DNA of 50,611 nt from Nemertoderma westbladi. Taxonomy: Eukaryota; Animalia; Xenacoelomorpha. Position numbers and translations under genes: made by a program. Location of the stretch: positions 1 through 50,611 of the forward strand of contig JAUCBJ010006391.1 in the NCBI GenBank assembly GCA_032718475.1, read 5' to 3'. Positions 13,876 through 24,912 of the stretch are shown in pieces. The notes under the pieces are model-generated. The model did no database searches. It was not told the DNA's origin and worked only from the letters and a program-made list of their open reading frames with translations. The stretch's first letter is position 1. Each line of letters opens with the position of its first letter.

Positions 13876-15072
13876 GATAAGGTCAAGGGGCGGTAAAGGT
13901 GCAAGGTGTGATAAGGTCAAGGGGCGGTAAAGGTGCAAGGTGTGATAAGGTCAAGGGGCGGTAAAGGTGCAAGGTGTGATAAGGTCAAGGGGCGGTAAAG
14001 GTGCAAGGTGTGATAAGGTCAAGGGGCGGTAAAGGTGTAAGGTGTGATAAGGTCAAGGGGCGGTAAAGGTGCAAGGTGTGATAAGGTCAAGGGGCGGTAA
14101 AGGTGCAAGGTGTGATAAGGTCAAGGGGCGGTAAAGGTGCAAGGTGTGATAAGGTCAAGGGGCGGTAAAGGTGCAAGGTGTGATAAGGTCAAGGGGCGGT
14201 AAAGGTGCAAGGTGTGATAAGGTCAAGGGGCGGTAAAGGTGCAAGGTGTGATAAGGTCAAGGGGCGGTAAAGGTGCAAGGTGTGATAAGGCCAAGGGGCG
14301 GTAAAGGTGCAAGGTGTGATAAGGTCAAGGGGCGGTAAAGGTGCAAGGTGTGATAAGGTCAAGGGGCGGTAAAGGTGCGAGGTGTGATAAGGTCAAGGGG
14401 CGGTAAAGGTGCAAGCTGTGATAAGGTCAAGGGGCGGTAAAGGTGCAAGGTGTGATAAGGTCAAGGGGCGGTAAAGGTGCAAGGTGTGATAAGGTCAAGG
14501 GGCGGTAAAGGTGCAAGGTGTGATAAGGTCAAGGGGCGGTAAAGGTGCAAGGTGTGATAAGGTCAAGGGGCGGTAAAGGTGCAAGGTGTGATAAGGTCAA
14601 GGGGCGGTAAAGGTGCAAGGTGTGATAAGGTCAAGGGGCGGTAAAGGTGCAAGGTGTGATAAGGTCAAGGGGCGGTAAAGGTGCAAGGTGTGATAAGGTC
14701 AAGGGGCGGTAAAGGTGCAAGGTGTGATAAGCTCAAGGGGCGGTAAAGGTGCAAGGTGTGATAAGGTCAAGGGGCGGTAAAGGTACAAGGTGTGATAAGG
14801 TCAAGGGGCGGTAAAGGTGCAAGGTGTGATAAGCTCAAGGGGCGGTAAAGGTGCAAGGTGTGATAAGGTCAAGGGGCGGTAAAGGTACAAGGTGTGATAA
14901 GGTCAAGGGGCGGTAAAGGTGCAAGGTGTGATAAGGTCAAGGGGCGGTAAAGGTGCAAGGTGTGATAAGGTCAAGGGGCGGTAAAGGTGCAAGGTGTGAT
15001 AAGGTCAAGGGGCGGTAAAGGTGCAAGGTGTGATAAGGTCAAGGGGCGGTAAAGGTGCACGGTGTGATAAGG
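13876..15072. repeat. 34-bp G-rich minisatellite (GATAAGGTCAAGGGGCGGTAAAGGTGCAAGGTGT), about 35 near-identical copies
   Basis: Direct reading. Confidence 0.97.
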
Positions 15073-15114
15073 CCAATCGCGTAGAGGTACAATTTTGTGG
15101 ACCTTGTCATTCGT

Positions 15115-15448
15115 CTCGATTGTAGGACCTCATCGCTCCTTCTACCTTTAACTCGATTGTAGGACCTCATCGCTCCTTCTACCTTTAACTCGATTGTAGG
15201 ACCTCATCGCTCCTTCTACCTTTAACTCGATTGTAGGACCTCATCGCTCCTTCTACCTTTAACTCGATTGTAGGACCTCATCGCTCCTTCTACCTTTAAC
15301 TCGATTGTAGGACCTCATCGCTCCTTCTACCTTTAACTCGATTGTAGGACCTCATCGCTCCTTCTACCTTTAACTCGATTGTAGGACCTCATCGCTCCTT
15401 CTACCTTTAACTCGATTGTAGGACCTCATCGCTCCTTCTACCTTTAAC
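15115..15448. repeat. 37-bp minisatellite (CTCGATTGTAGGACCTCATCGCTCCTTCTACCTTTAA), 9 copies
   Basis: Direct reading; copies appear identical. Confidence 0.97.
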
Positions 15449-15459
15449 ATCCCTCGACA

Positions 15460-15925
15460 GTGATCTTCCACATTAAACCCGTCCACTCTGTTTCCTAAAG
15501 GAATGCCTGTTCACCACCATGGGTGATCTTCCACATTAAACCCGTCCACTCTGTTTCCTAAAGGAATGCCTGTTCACCACCATGGGTGATCTTCCACATT
15601 AAACCCGTCCACTAGGTTTCCTAAAGGAATGCCTGTTCACCACCATGGGTGATCTTCCACATTAAACCCTTCCATTCTGTTTCCTAAAGGAATGTCTGTT
15701 GACCACAGTAAACCCTTCCATTCTGTTTCCTAAAGGAATGTCTGTTGACCACAGTAAACCCGTCCACTCTGTTTCCTAAAGGATTGTCTGTTGACCACAG
15801 TAAACCCGTCCACTCTGTTTCCTAAAGGAATGTCTGTTCACCACCATGGGTGATCTTCCACAGTAAACCCTTCCACACTTTTTTCCTAAAGAAATGCCTG
15901 TTCACCACCATGAGTGATTTTCCCA
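15460..15925. repeat. 63-bp/46-bp tandem repeat (core CTGTTTCCTAAAGGAATG); more copies at about 16128-16250, inverted copy at about 13680-13800
   Basis: Direct reading. Confidence 0.9.
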
Positions 15926-16306
15926 GATAGGGGAGGGGGGGGGGGGGGGGGGGGGGGGGGGTTAGAATTTTCTTGTTTGAATGTGTTTAGTTTATTGATT
16001 TGGTTAAAATAATGTCCCACTGTAACCTGCCCCTTTCCCTAAATTGATAATTTAACATTGAGGCGGGATATTAATTCGCCAATAGGGGATTTGCGTCCAG
16101 TCCCCCTCTCCCCTTCCCCCTGTCTCGATTTTCCACAGTAAACCCGTCCACTCTGTTTCCTTAAGGAATGCCTGTTCACCACCATGGGTGATCTTCCACA
16201 TTAAACCCACCCGTCTACTCTGTTTCCAAAAGAAATGCCTGTTCACCACCTTCCACCCTATGTGATTATTACCTGATTATTACAGTATACGTATCCTTTC
16301 ATATCT

Positions 16307-17009
16307 CACAGCGGGGCTTAACTTGGTTTTTGCAAAGTTTGGACCCCGTTCATGAAAACAACTTTTTTTTGAGCTTAGTTGGTCCCCTAATGTAAAAATT
16401 TACAAAAATTTAAATATTTCATGGGTGGCTTTTTCAATTTAATACTATTTAAGAAATTATTTAATACTAATCATATTACTAAATTTTAACACTTTACTCC
16501 TCCAAAAATATTGAAAGGTTTATTACTGCTCCATTGGTGTCACATTGTACACAATATAGTAAATTTTAAAATTTAATGGGCGGCTTTTAATATAAATGCT
16601 AATTATTTATTTATTTAATACTCAATTTTATTACTTTTAACAAGTGATGTTACCCCATACATGAAAACAATTTTTTTTGCTCCAATAATCATGGCTTGAT
16701 GAATTAAATATAAAAAATTAGAAATTTTCATGTGTGGCTTTTAATATAAATGCTATTTAATTATTTATTTAATACTAAATATTATTACCTTTAACAAGGG
16801 ATGTTACCACGTACATGAAAACAAGTTTCTTTCTCCTATCATGTCTTGATGAATAAAATATTAAAAATTAGAAAGTTTAAGGGGTGGCCTTTAATTGTAC
16901 ATTCTACTCTAATTTTTATATTTTATTATCAAGACATGATTGGAGCAAAAAAGTTGTTTTCATGTACGGGGTCCAAACTTTGCCAAAAACCAAGTTAAGC
17001 CCCATGGTG
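16307..17009. mobile_element. MITE with about 60-bp TIRs and CAC...GTG termini (Chapaev/Transib-like ends)
   Basis: GGGGCTTAACTTGGTTTTTGCAAAGTTTGGACCCCGT at left is inverted at about 16966-17003; AT-rich internal sub-repeats; flanks ATCT/ATCA (imperfect 4-bp TSD). Confidence 0.8.
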
Positions 17010-17123
17010 ATCATTAGTACTAAGTCAGCGCTTGGTCCTGCGCCTGGCGCTTCACACCTAAATTGTCAATGCGTGACAAGGTGTAGGCCTACTAAATAAC
17101 AGGTCATGCAGCGAGCGGATTGC

Positions 17124-19610
17124 TGAAATTAGCGGAGGCCGATCTTTTCCCTATTTATGGCGCTATTTTCATTAATTTTCAGTAGGAACTTATTTTATAC
17201 TAGTTTTCTTAGGTGGATATGATGACTTGGTATTCATAGAAATGTAATCAAATGTCTTTCTGGAATTTTTTTATTGTTGTTGTCAAGGTAACCGTGTACA
17301 ACTCCCCCTGAGGTCTTTAAAATACCTGAGTGTTTAAAGCTCATCTATCCCATCATAGTAGACATGTACCGAACAACAAGAGTCCCACAAGAAATGAAAA
17401 CAAATAAGTTGGTGCCAGTTCCCAAGAAGGGCAACCTAACACTCTATGGTTCTTTTCGGGGAATCTCATTGATCTCGATTGCTGCAAAGCTATACAATAG
17501 GATTCTATTAAATCGCATCAGGGATCCCATTGAGAGACTGCTCCGTGGAAATCAGAATGGGTTCCGTAAAGGTCGTGGGACCATGGAGCCCATTTTGGCA
17601 CTTAGAAGGATAATTGAAGAATTATCAAAAAAGAAAGACAGGCATCTGGCTGTTATCTTTGTTGACTTCTTCAAGGCCTTTGATTCAGTCTCTCGCTCAC
17701 GTATGTTCAGCATACTTTCATTATATGGGATTCCTGATGAAATTATTGCAGCTATCAGATCAGTATACGATGGTTCGACAACATTTGTGTCTACTGTTGA
17801 CGGTGACACAGAACCATTTGAAGTGTTATGGGGCGTCCTCCAAGGAGACACACTTGCACCATTCTTGTTCATTATTGTGGTTGACTATGTTCTACGCATG
17901 TCCTTAGATCATCATAATGATGATGGGGTGATGATAACTCCACCTACTGGCTCCAGAAGTCGAGGAAATCCTGCCAAGTACCTAACTGATCTAGACTTTG
18001 CTGATGACTTAGGAGAACTCTCAGAATCATTAGAGGGAACCCAACGGCTCCTCAGCTCATTAGAACATGCTGCTTCTAGTGTTGGTCTTCTTATTAACTC
18101 CAGAAAGACCAAAATTCTGACAGTTAACTTTGAAAGTCCTCAGCAAGTCTCTGATCGGATGAGCATAAGCTCAAAGGATGGTATACTTGAGCATGTGGAC
18201 GACTTCTGTTACCTGGGATCATGGATCCGGAAGTCAGGTGAGGACCTTCGAATACGTAAGGAAAAGGCATGGGCAGCCTTGAATAGGCTTTCCAGGATTT
18301 GGAAGTCACCTAGAATGAATCGGAAACTTAAGGTCCGATTATTTAGAGCAGCAGTAGTTCCAGTACTCCTCTACGGGAGTCCATGCTGGGCTCTAATTGC
18401 TGAGGACACCAAATCTCTGGATGGCACATTCACAAGAATGCTACGCCGGGTTCATTGTGTCAAGTACAATGCACACATCTCCAACCAGACACTATATAAC
18501 ATTGGAGGTGTCTCATTGGTTCCCCCAAGCTTGACACTAGAACAAAATCGCCTCCGCTTCGCAGGACATTGCTTTCGCCGTGAGGACCAGCCAGTGCATA
18601 ATCTTGTACTTTGGCAGCCTCATGGAGTGAATAAGCATGGTGGACAGCCCATGACTTTCTTGAGACGCATCTTAAAGGACACTGGCCTTAAAGATGCGGA
18701 TGATCTAACAAATGTCATGGGTGATAGGGAGTTGTGGCGGTGCAATTTTGTTGACAAGCCGGCACAGCCTTCTTAAAAATGCAGCTGCAATGCAGCATGC
18801 CGATCCTAGTAGTAACAAAGTTCAAAATTTGCGTGTCTGTAATTCAAGACGATGGGGGATTCTGTTCTGGATATTTGGCAGGTGAGTAAAGGAAATAAAA
18901 GTCTTATCAAAATATTTGAAAGGTATACTTTTTTCAATCCCGTTTCCATGGTAATGGGTGTAACAATAATTTCACATTATGACCGTCAGGTAGAAATTGG
19001 GCTACTATTTTCTATTTATATCATTTGCAACTGACGTTCCTGGGACCTGTCCTTTTTTTCTAATAATTGCAAACCAAAATTTAATATTCTGGAATCTTAA
19101 AATCATCTATCACAGGTCTTGCCCTCTGATTGGACTGTTTTGTTTGTTGGCACTTTATGACCTTTACAATCAAGATTCACAATTGACGATTGATAAAATA
19201 TAATGTTGGTAATTTTAACTTAATATTAAGACAAACCGAATAAAAATGGTGTTTTATAGAATTGGTTGACAATTATTCAAATTTTTCATTATACATATTA
19301 CCATGGCAACGGGATTGAAAAAATATTTAAATGTAGAATATTTTGATAAACTTTTATTCCCATTACTCGCATACCAAATCTCAAGAACAGAATCCCTCGT
19401 CGTCTTGAATTACAGACGGGCAAAGTTTGAACTTTGTACCCGGTTACCTTGACAACAACAATATGAAAATTCCAGAAACATATTTTATTACAATTCTATG
19501 AACCCTAGTCATCATATCCACCTAAGAAAAGTAGCACATAAGAAGTTTCTAAGGAAATATTATGAAAATAGTTCCATAAATAGGGAAACGTTCGGTCTCC
19601 GCTAATTTCA
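17124..19610. mobile_element. Long palindromic MITE whose left arm is interrupted by a LINE
   Basis: 17124-17300 plus 18815-about 19000 is the reverse complement of about 19260-19610. Confidence 0.8.
17301..18814 (+). mobile_element. 5'-truncated non-LTR retrotransposon (RTE/RTEX-like), uninterrupted RT frame to 18776
   Basis: PKKGNL..FRGISL, QNGFR, FVDFFKAFD, GVLQGDTLAP, FADD, YLGS motifs; frame open from 17301 (PPEVFK); short (TAG)n tail; ACAA at both junctions. Confidence 0.92.
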
Positions 19611-19786
19611 GATGCGTGACGAATATTTTCCGCGCCTAATATATCCATATGCCATGAGATTGTACCGGTACATACCAGCATACCGGTAATTTGAAATCGG
19701 GGTATATAGTACCTTGTAGTAGTAGTAGGCCTTGACCTGTACATACATAGCGCAGTACCGCAGTCAGGCAGTACCGTGCCAGGAAT

Positions 19787-20616
19787 ATGGAGGACATTTT
19801 CGGAGGTCCAGTATATTCCGCGTGTCGCAAAGGCGACGTCGTTTACGTAAAACAATGGCTGGACAGCATAGAAAACGACCCCAATGAGGGCGACGAACAC
19901 AGCTTCAGTCCATTACATTGGGCGGCCCGTCAAGGTAAACTCAACATCGTGGACCTCCTGCTACAGCGGGGGGCACGCGTTAACTCCACCAACATGGGCG
20001 ACGACACAGCACTGCATCTCGCAGCCCAGCACGGTTACTTACCGGTGGTGCAGTCTCTCGTCAAACACAAGGCAGACCCAAACGGGTCCAATCAACACGG
20101 TAACACGCCACTCCATTACGCCTGTTTCTGGGGTTTCGACACGGTTGCAGACTTCCTTGTGCGTCGGGGCTCGTTGGTTGCACAGACCAACAAGTACGGA
20201 CAAACCCCGTTGGATTTGTGTCGCGGGAAGTTGGCGACGAATCTAATGGAACGAGCCGGCGCGATGGAGCAATCGTTAGTCCCGGTTCCTTATCGAGTCG
20301 TTGCCACCGACTTCCGGACGCGTTCTCGGGACGCGACTCTATCCAAGTTCGCGGGAATCGAGTTGCGACATTTTGAAAAGCATCAGCGGTTGAACGCGAA
20401 CGCGAGCGGTGAGTTGTGGTTCGGTACCTGGCAGGGTATCAACGTAGTCGGGAAGTTTCTCTCTGTTCGGGATCCCTCGTCCAAACGAATATCGCGTGAC
20501 TTTCAGGAGGAATACCGACGATTGCGCATATTCTCGCATCCCAACGTCCATCCGGTTCTCTGCGTAATAAACAGCCCTCCGAATTTCGTTGTCGTTAGCG
20601 AGTTTTGTACCAACAG
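19787..20616 (+). CDS. ILK: Integrin-linked kinase, exon 1 (ankyrin repeats, start of pseudokinase domain)
   Basis: MEDIF...[59 protein letters not shown]; donor AG|GTTGGT at 20616/20617. Confidence 0.96.
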
Positions 20617-20988
20617 GTTGGTTAAATAGCCCTAAACTCCATATATGGCTCTATGGTGTGCGAGATGTTATTTTATCACTCGATACAGATACTATAGCTA
20701 ATTGTTAAGTTCAAATAATAACATTTTATTTATGCGACAAATATAACAGTATAATGAATTGAATACTATTAATTAATAAGCTAGTTAATTAGTTAAAAGT
20801 AAATTAAAGTGAAAAGTAAATTTTCTTACGGCCGCTAGGCCAGGGGTTACGCACAAAGTCTAACGACTTTATTTCCCGTGCGGTCCCCCCAGAACTATAC
20901 TCCCCAGGGGAAACTCCATTTATCTACCATTAACCATACTCATTTAATTATTGTTAGTTAATTAATTAATACATTTTTTGTATCGTAG

Positions 20989-21520
20989 GTCGTTGTTTAA
21001 CGTCCTTCACGATGAGACTCTCATCTGTTTCGACACCAGCCAATCAGTGAAGTCTGCGTTGGATATATGCCGTGGTATGGCGTTCCTTCACAGTCTAGAT
21101 CCGCCGTTACAACGTCTGTACCTCAGCAGCAGACACATCGTGGTCACCGAGGACCTCGTCTGCAAGATCAACATGTCCGACGTTAAGTTCTCCTTCCAGA
21201 CACCGGGCAAACTCTACATCCCTGCCTGGCTCTCCCCTGAGGCCCTAGAGCGGGAAGAGACGGAAATCAACGTCCAGTCCGCCCATATGTGGAGTTTCTC
21301 GGTGATCCTCTGGGAGTTGGTGACCCGTCAGGTCCCGTTCGCCGGTCTGTCGCCCATGGAGGTGGGCGTCCGGGTGGCCTTGGACAAACTCAGACTCCCA
21401 GACCAACCCACCGGGGCCTCCCCCCATCTCGTTAAACTCATTAGGATGTGTCGCAATGAGGATCCCTCGAAACGGCCCAAGTTCGATCAGGTTCTTCCGA
21501 TCCTAGAGATAATGAAATAA
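20989..21520 (+). CDS. ILK: Integrin-linked kinase, exon 2 (spliced product 453 aa)
   Basis: Acceptor ttttgtatcgtag; SLFNVLH, GMAFLHSL, INMSDVKFSFQ, PAWLSPEAL, NEDPSKRPKFD; intron phases join in frame. Confidence 0.96.
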
Positions 21521-21690
21521 CACCCCCACCCCCCCCCACCCCCCCCCTCGCCCTCCCTCTTCCTCCCCTTCCTCCCTCCCTCCCATGCATCGTAGTGTAA
21601 GCCCCCACCCCCCTCCCTCCCTCCCATGCATGGTAGTGTAAGCCAAGCCCCCTCCCATGCATGGTAGGTAGTGTAAGCCCATCCCCATTA
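21521..21690. repeat. C-rich tract plus about three CCCATGCATGGTAGTGTAAGCC repeats directly after the ILK stop
   Basis: Direct reading. Confidence 0.7.
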
Positions 21691-22279
21691 TGCAATTTGT
21701 CATCTAATGTAGGAGATCGTTAAAACTGATCGTTTTTCAATCGTTGGACTATTATTATACTTTACCACCGAATGCACGCAGCCAAGCGGCTCTACAGCAG
21801 TTGTACATTCTTCAAATATTTTGTTATTATCCCCAAGACAAGTCTTACATTACTATCACCAAAGGCATGTAGTCTTAATATTTAATTTTAGTTAATTTAG
21901 TAACGGAATTTACAGGATGGTCACTGTAATTTCGGGAAACTGAAAGCCAAAAATTTTCAGAGAGAAACTGTCAGATTATTTTTGAACAAGCCGAGTAACT
22001 GTAATCTCACTGGTCGACTTCGGGGACTACCTGAATTGCTATCATGCATTATATGAGATTTTGGTGCACCTCGTTGCTCTTCAGTTTGTAATTCTGTGTG
22101 CAAGTATTATTTCGCATGTTTGTTGCTTTTTATTTTAGCAAAGTTTGTTATTAATATGGTTTTTATGCTTATTTATATGCTTAATTTAATTTTGTTACAA
22201 CGTTAATGCACAATATTTAAGGTTTGTTTACATTTATGCATAATCATTATGCCTAGTTTTTAACAGTTTATGATTTTGT

Positions 22280-22512
22280 GCTACTTGTACTTTTCGTCTT
22301 GTTGGTCCAAAAATAGCACCAAAATGATGGTTGCATTGCCAGCAAATATTTTTAACAATTTTTATCGTGATCTGCGACCTCTAAAACCCTTATATCATCA
22401 AAATTGTAATTTTTGAGCCTAGATCTAAAAAATGCCTAAAATTACCCCCCCCCCCCCCCCCCCCCAGCGCCAATTACGTTGTAAAATAGCCCGGGCCAGA
22501 TACAGATAGGGT
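22280..22512 (-). mobile_element. End fragment of a non-autonomous DNA element, inverted relative to the copy starting at 33816
   Basis: AATTACGTTGTAAAATAGCCCGGGCCAGATA here versus TATCTGGCCCGGGCTATTTTACTACGTAAT at about 33820; adjacent sequence also matches. Confidence 0.65.
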
Positions 22513-22890
22513 TTTCATAAACCTTTTCTAATTTGATGCTCTTTCAACAGATGCAATGAAATTTAAGAAATTCCACCTAAACAATATCTTATTTTACTTT
22601 TTTTCGCCAGGAAAAAAGTTATATCAATGCAATCCTATGGGTTACTTTTTTTTAAGTACTCAATTTTCTTCCGATTTTGGGGTATATTCGAGCAAAAGAG
22701 TAACAATTTAATAATAATACCGTTTCAATACTGACTAATGTTTTCAATAATTCCTTACTTCTCTTGGTCTCTTAAAACAATTACCAGTTTGTTGATTGTA
22801 GATTAATGTAATTTAAAATAATCAATAAGTAAAATCAATATGACAAATGATATCAAGGTGGATGAGACGAAAACGAGATTTTTAGTTCTG

Positions 22891-24675
22891 TTACTCGGCC
22901 ACTGACCTTGAACAACATACGTTGAAATGCTGCAACTTCACACATCGTCTCCAGACCGCTTCAACAAAAGTTTCCGCCATTTTTGATGAGTTATCGTGAT
23001 AATACAATGTAAAGGCCCTTAGATCATCAAAAGTCCCAGAATTAAAGATATTCTTAATATCGTGCAGAACAAATACTCCTCTATTTTCTTCAATGTAAAT
23101 CCAAAGTTTATCCAACGATGGCGGTAAAGATCGCAGTGTCGTTATTAGACTTTCACTGTTTTGCTTTGTATTTATGCGCAGAGTTAGTAGTGACTGCATT
23201 ATATTGTTCGTTGGGTTAACCAGTAATATGCCCTCTGCTAATAATAATTCCAATGAAGTTAGGTTTGGAAAAATGAGGCCAAAGTGTGCCAACGAGACCG
23301 GAGTAGGATCTAAGCCGTCAGCTATATTATCTACATCAACGCCATCATCTGCTACAGCGTTATCTACATCAACCAAATCAACTGCTGCATCGTCATCTAT
23401 ATCATCATCCGCATCAAACCCATCATCTGTCACATTATCATCATCTCCATCATCATAATTTTCGTCGTCATCATCAACATCGTATTCATCATCAACATCA
23501 AATATATCCTCACCAATAGTAAATTCCGTAACTTGTGGCAGACTAACACCTCTACCTATAGTATCAGATAGAAATTTAGGTATCGCTGAAATAGGCCAAT
23601 ATAAGATCAATTGAGCCAGGGAGGGAATCACTTGTAGCTTATCAAACAATGTTTGATGCGGATGCTTGCAAAGGGCACCAAATGTTAAATCGAGCTGTCC
23701 AATTGTATCTCGAAAATATGGAGTAACCCAATACTCAGGATCATCGGTGATGGCGACATCACAATCATAGAAATATCGGAAATGGAAGTCATTTACGTTT
23801 AGATTAAACATCTGGCGAACCTCACTCGAGAAACTTTTCAAACTGTCGATCTTAGGATGCGAGCGGTGTAATTGGATTACAACAGTATCAGAGACAAATA
23901 ATCGCTGTGACATCTCCTCGCCGTGTTTTATACCCACCACCTGTAATCTTTTCAGTTTCGATAGACTCTGTAGTGTTGGTGTGGTGACATCAGAACCAAG
24001 AATATGTAGAGCTATCAGATTGGGACAGCTGTTTATGATACCAACCAGAGTGGCGTCATTTAGTTCTGGAAACTTTATAGATATGAGGTGAGGAAACCTT
24101 GTCCCTCTTCTAAAAATCATCTCCAGTAGGTCGTTATATTTTTCTTCAGCAAATATATTTGAAATTTCTAAACACCTCAATGAATGGGTTATTACGGGGT
24201 TGAGGTGCCAAGATAATAAGGGTCTAATAATATCTGGAGGAAATTCTTCGTAAAACTCTTCATCCAGAATCACGTCAATCTCACCGATACACTGATAGTA
24301 ATAAATATATTTATAGGATTCCATGATGCTGGCTAAAGTTGGCTCCCTTCGCTGAATTTTAGTAACTGATCTCAGACGCTGTAATTCTTTGAACTTTAAC
24401 TCCAACTGGTTAAACGCCATCACGTATGCGTGAAGGATGAATTTCCGTAGGTCTATGCTAAGATTTTTTGGTAGTTCATCGTCATCCAACCACCTACTGA
24501 GGCTGCTAAATTGATCATTGTTTTTTTCTCTAATAAACAACGGCCATTCCCATCTCCTAGATTCTGTTTTCACTATTCCTGCAACCAAAGCTCGAGTTAC
24601 ATTAACAAAGGCAACTTCTTTTAACGTCAATAAACGGCAGTTGTTGTTAAGAATAACAGCTGGAATTTTCTCCAT
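22891..24675 (-). CDS. Intronless 594-aa leucine-rich-repeat (RNI/AMN1-like) protein with Asp-rich insertion
   Basis: ATG to TAA ORF; LRR-like units FPHLISIKF, CPNLIALHI, FPNLTSLEL, SLDKLWIYI, CVKLQHFNV; N-terminal TLKEVAFVNV fits a BC-box pattern. Confidence 0.75.
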   Translation of the reverse strand: MEKIPAVILNNNCRLLTLKEVAFVNVTRALVAGIVKTESRRWEWPLFIREKNNDQFSSLSRWLDDDELPKNLSIDLRKFILHAYVMAFNQLELKFKELQRLRSVTKIQRREPTLASIMESYKYIYYYQCIGEIDVILDEEFYEEFPPDIIRPLLSWHLNPVITHSLRCLEISNIFAEEKYNDLLEMIFRRGTRFPHLISIKFPELNDATLVGIINSCPNLIALHILGSDVTTPTLQSLSKLKRLQVVGIKHGEEMSQRLFVSDTVVIQLHRSHPKIDSLKSFSSEVRQMFNLNVNDFHFRYFYDCDVAITDDPEYWVTPYFRDTIGQLDLTFGALCKHPHQTLFDKLQVIPSLAQLILYWPISAIPKFLSDTIGRGVSLPQVTEFTIGEDIFDVDDEYDVDDDDENYDDGDDDNVTDDGFDADDDIDDDAAVDLVDVDNAVADDGVDVDNIADGLDPTPVSLAHFGLIFPNLTSLELLLAEGILLVNPTNNIMQSLLTLRINTKQNSESLITTLRSLPPSLDKLWIYIEENRGVFVLHDIKNIFNSGTFDDLRAFTLYYHDNSSKMAETFVEAVWRRCVKLQHFNVCCSRSVAE

Positions 24676-24747
24676 TTTTCTTTATATTAACTATTTTATT
24701 ATTTTTTAACTATATTTCGTTTACCAAAAGTGTTGTATAGGCCTACA

Positions 24748-24912
24748 ACTATGGCAACATAGAATTGGTGAGACCCAGCATGACCCTTCAGATCTGCCGT
24801 CTGAGGCTTGCTGGGCATTGTTTCCGCGGCAGGATCAACCTCTACACAACCTTGTGCTGTTTCAGCCTGTTGGTGAGAATTGGCGTGGTGGACTGCCAAT
24901 GACTTTCCTCAA
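24748..24912 (+). mobile_element. LINE fragment, diverged relative of the 17301 family
   Basis: Translates with a frameshift to RPSMTLQICRLRLAGHC..QDQPLHNLVLFQP..GGLPMTFL, versus PPSLTLEQNRLRFAGHC..EDQPVHNLVLWQP..GGQPMTFL. Confidence 0.75.

Noticed and set aside
13876-15925. CRISPR-like arrays of 34-37 bp
   Set aside because: Head-to-tail units without unique spacers, no cas genes, eukaryotic context.
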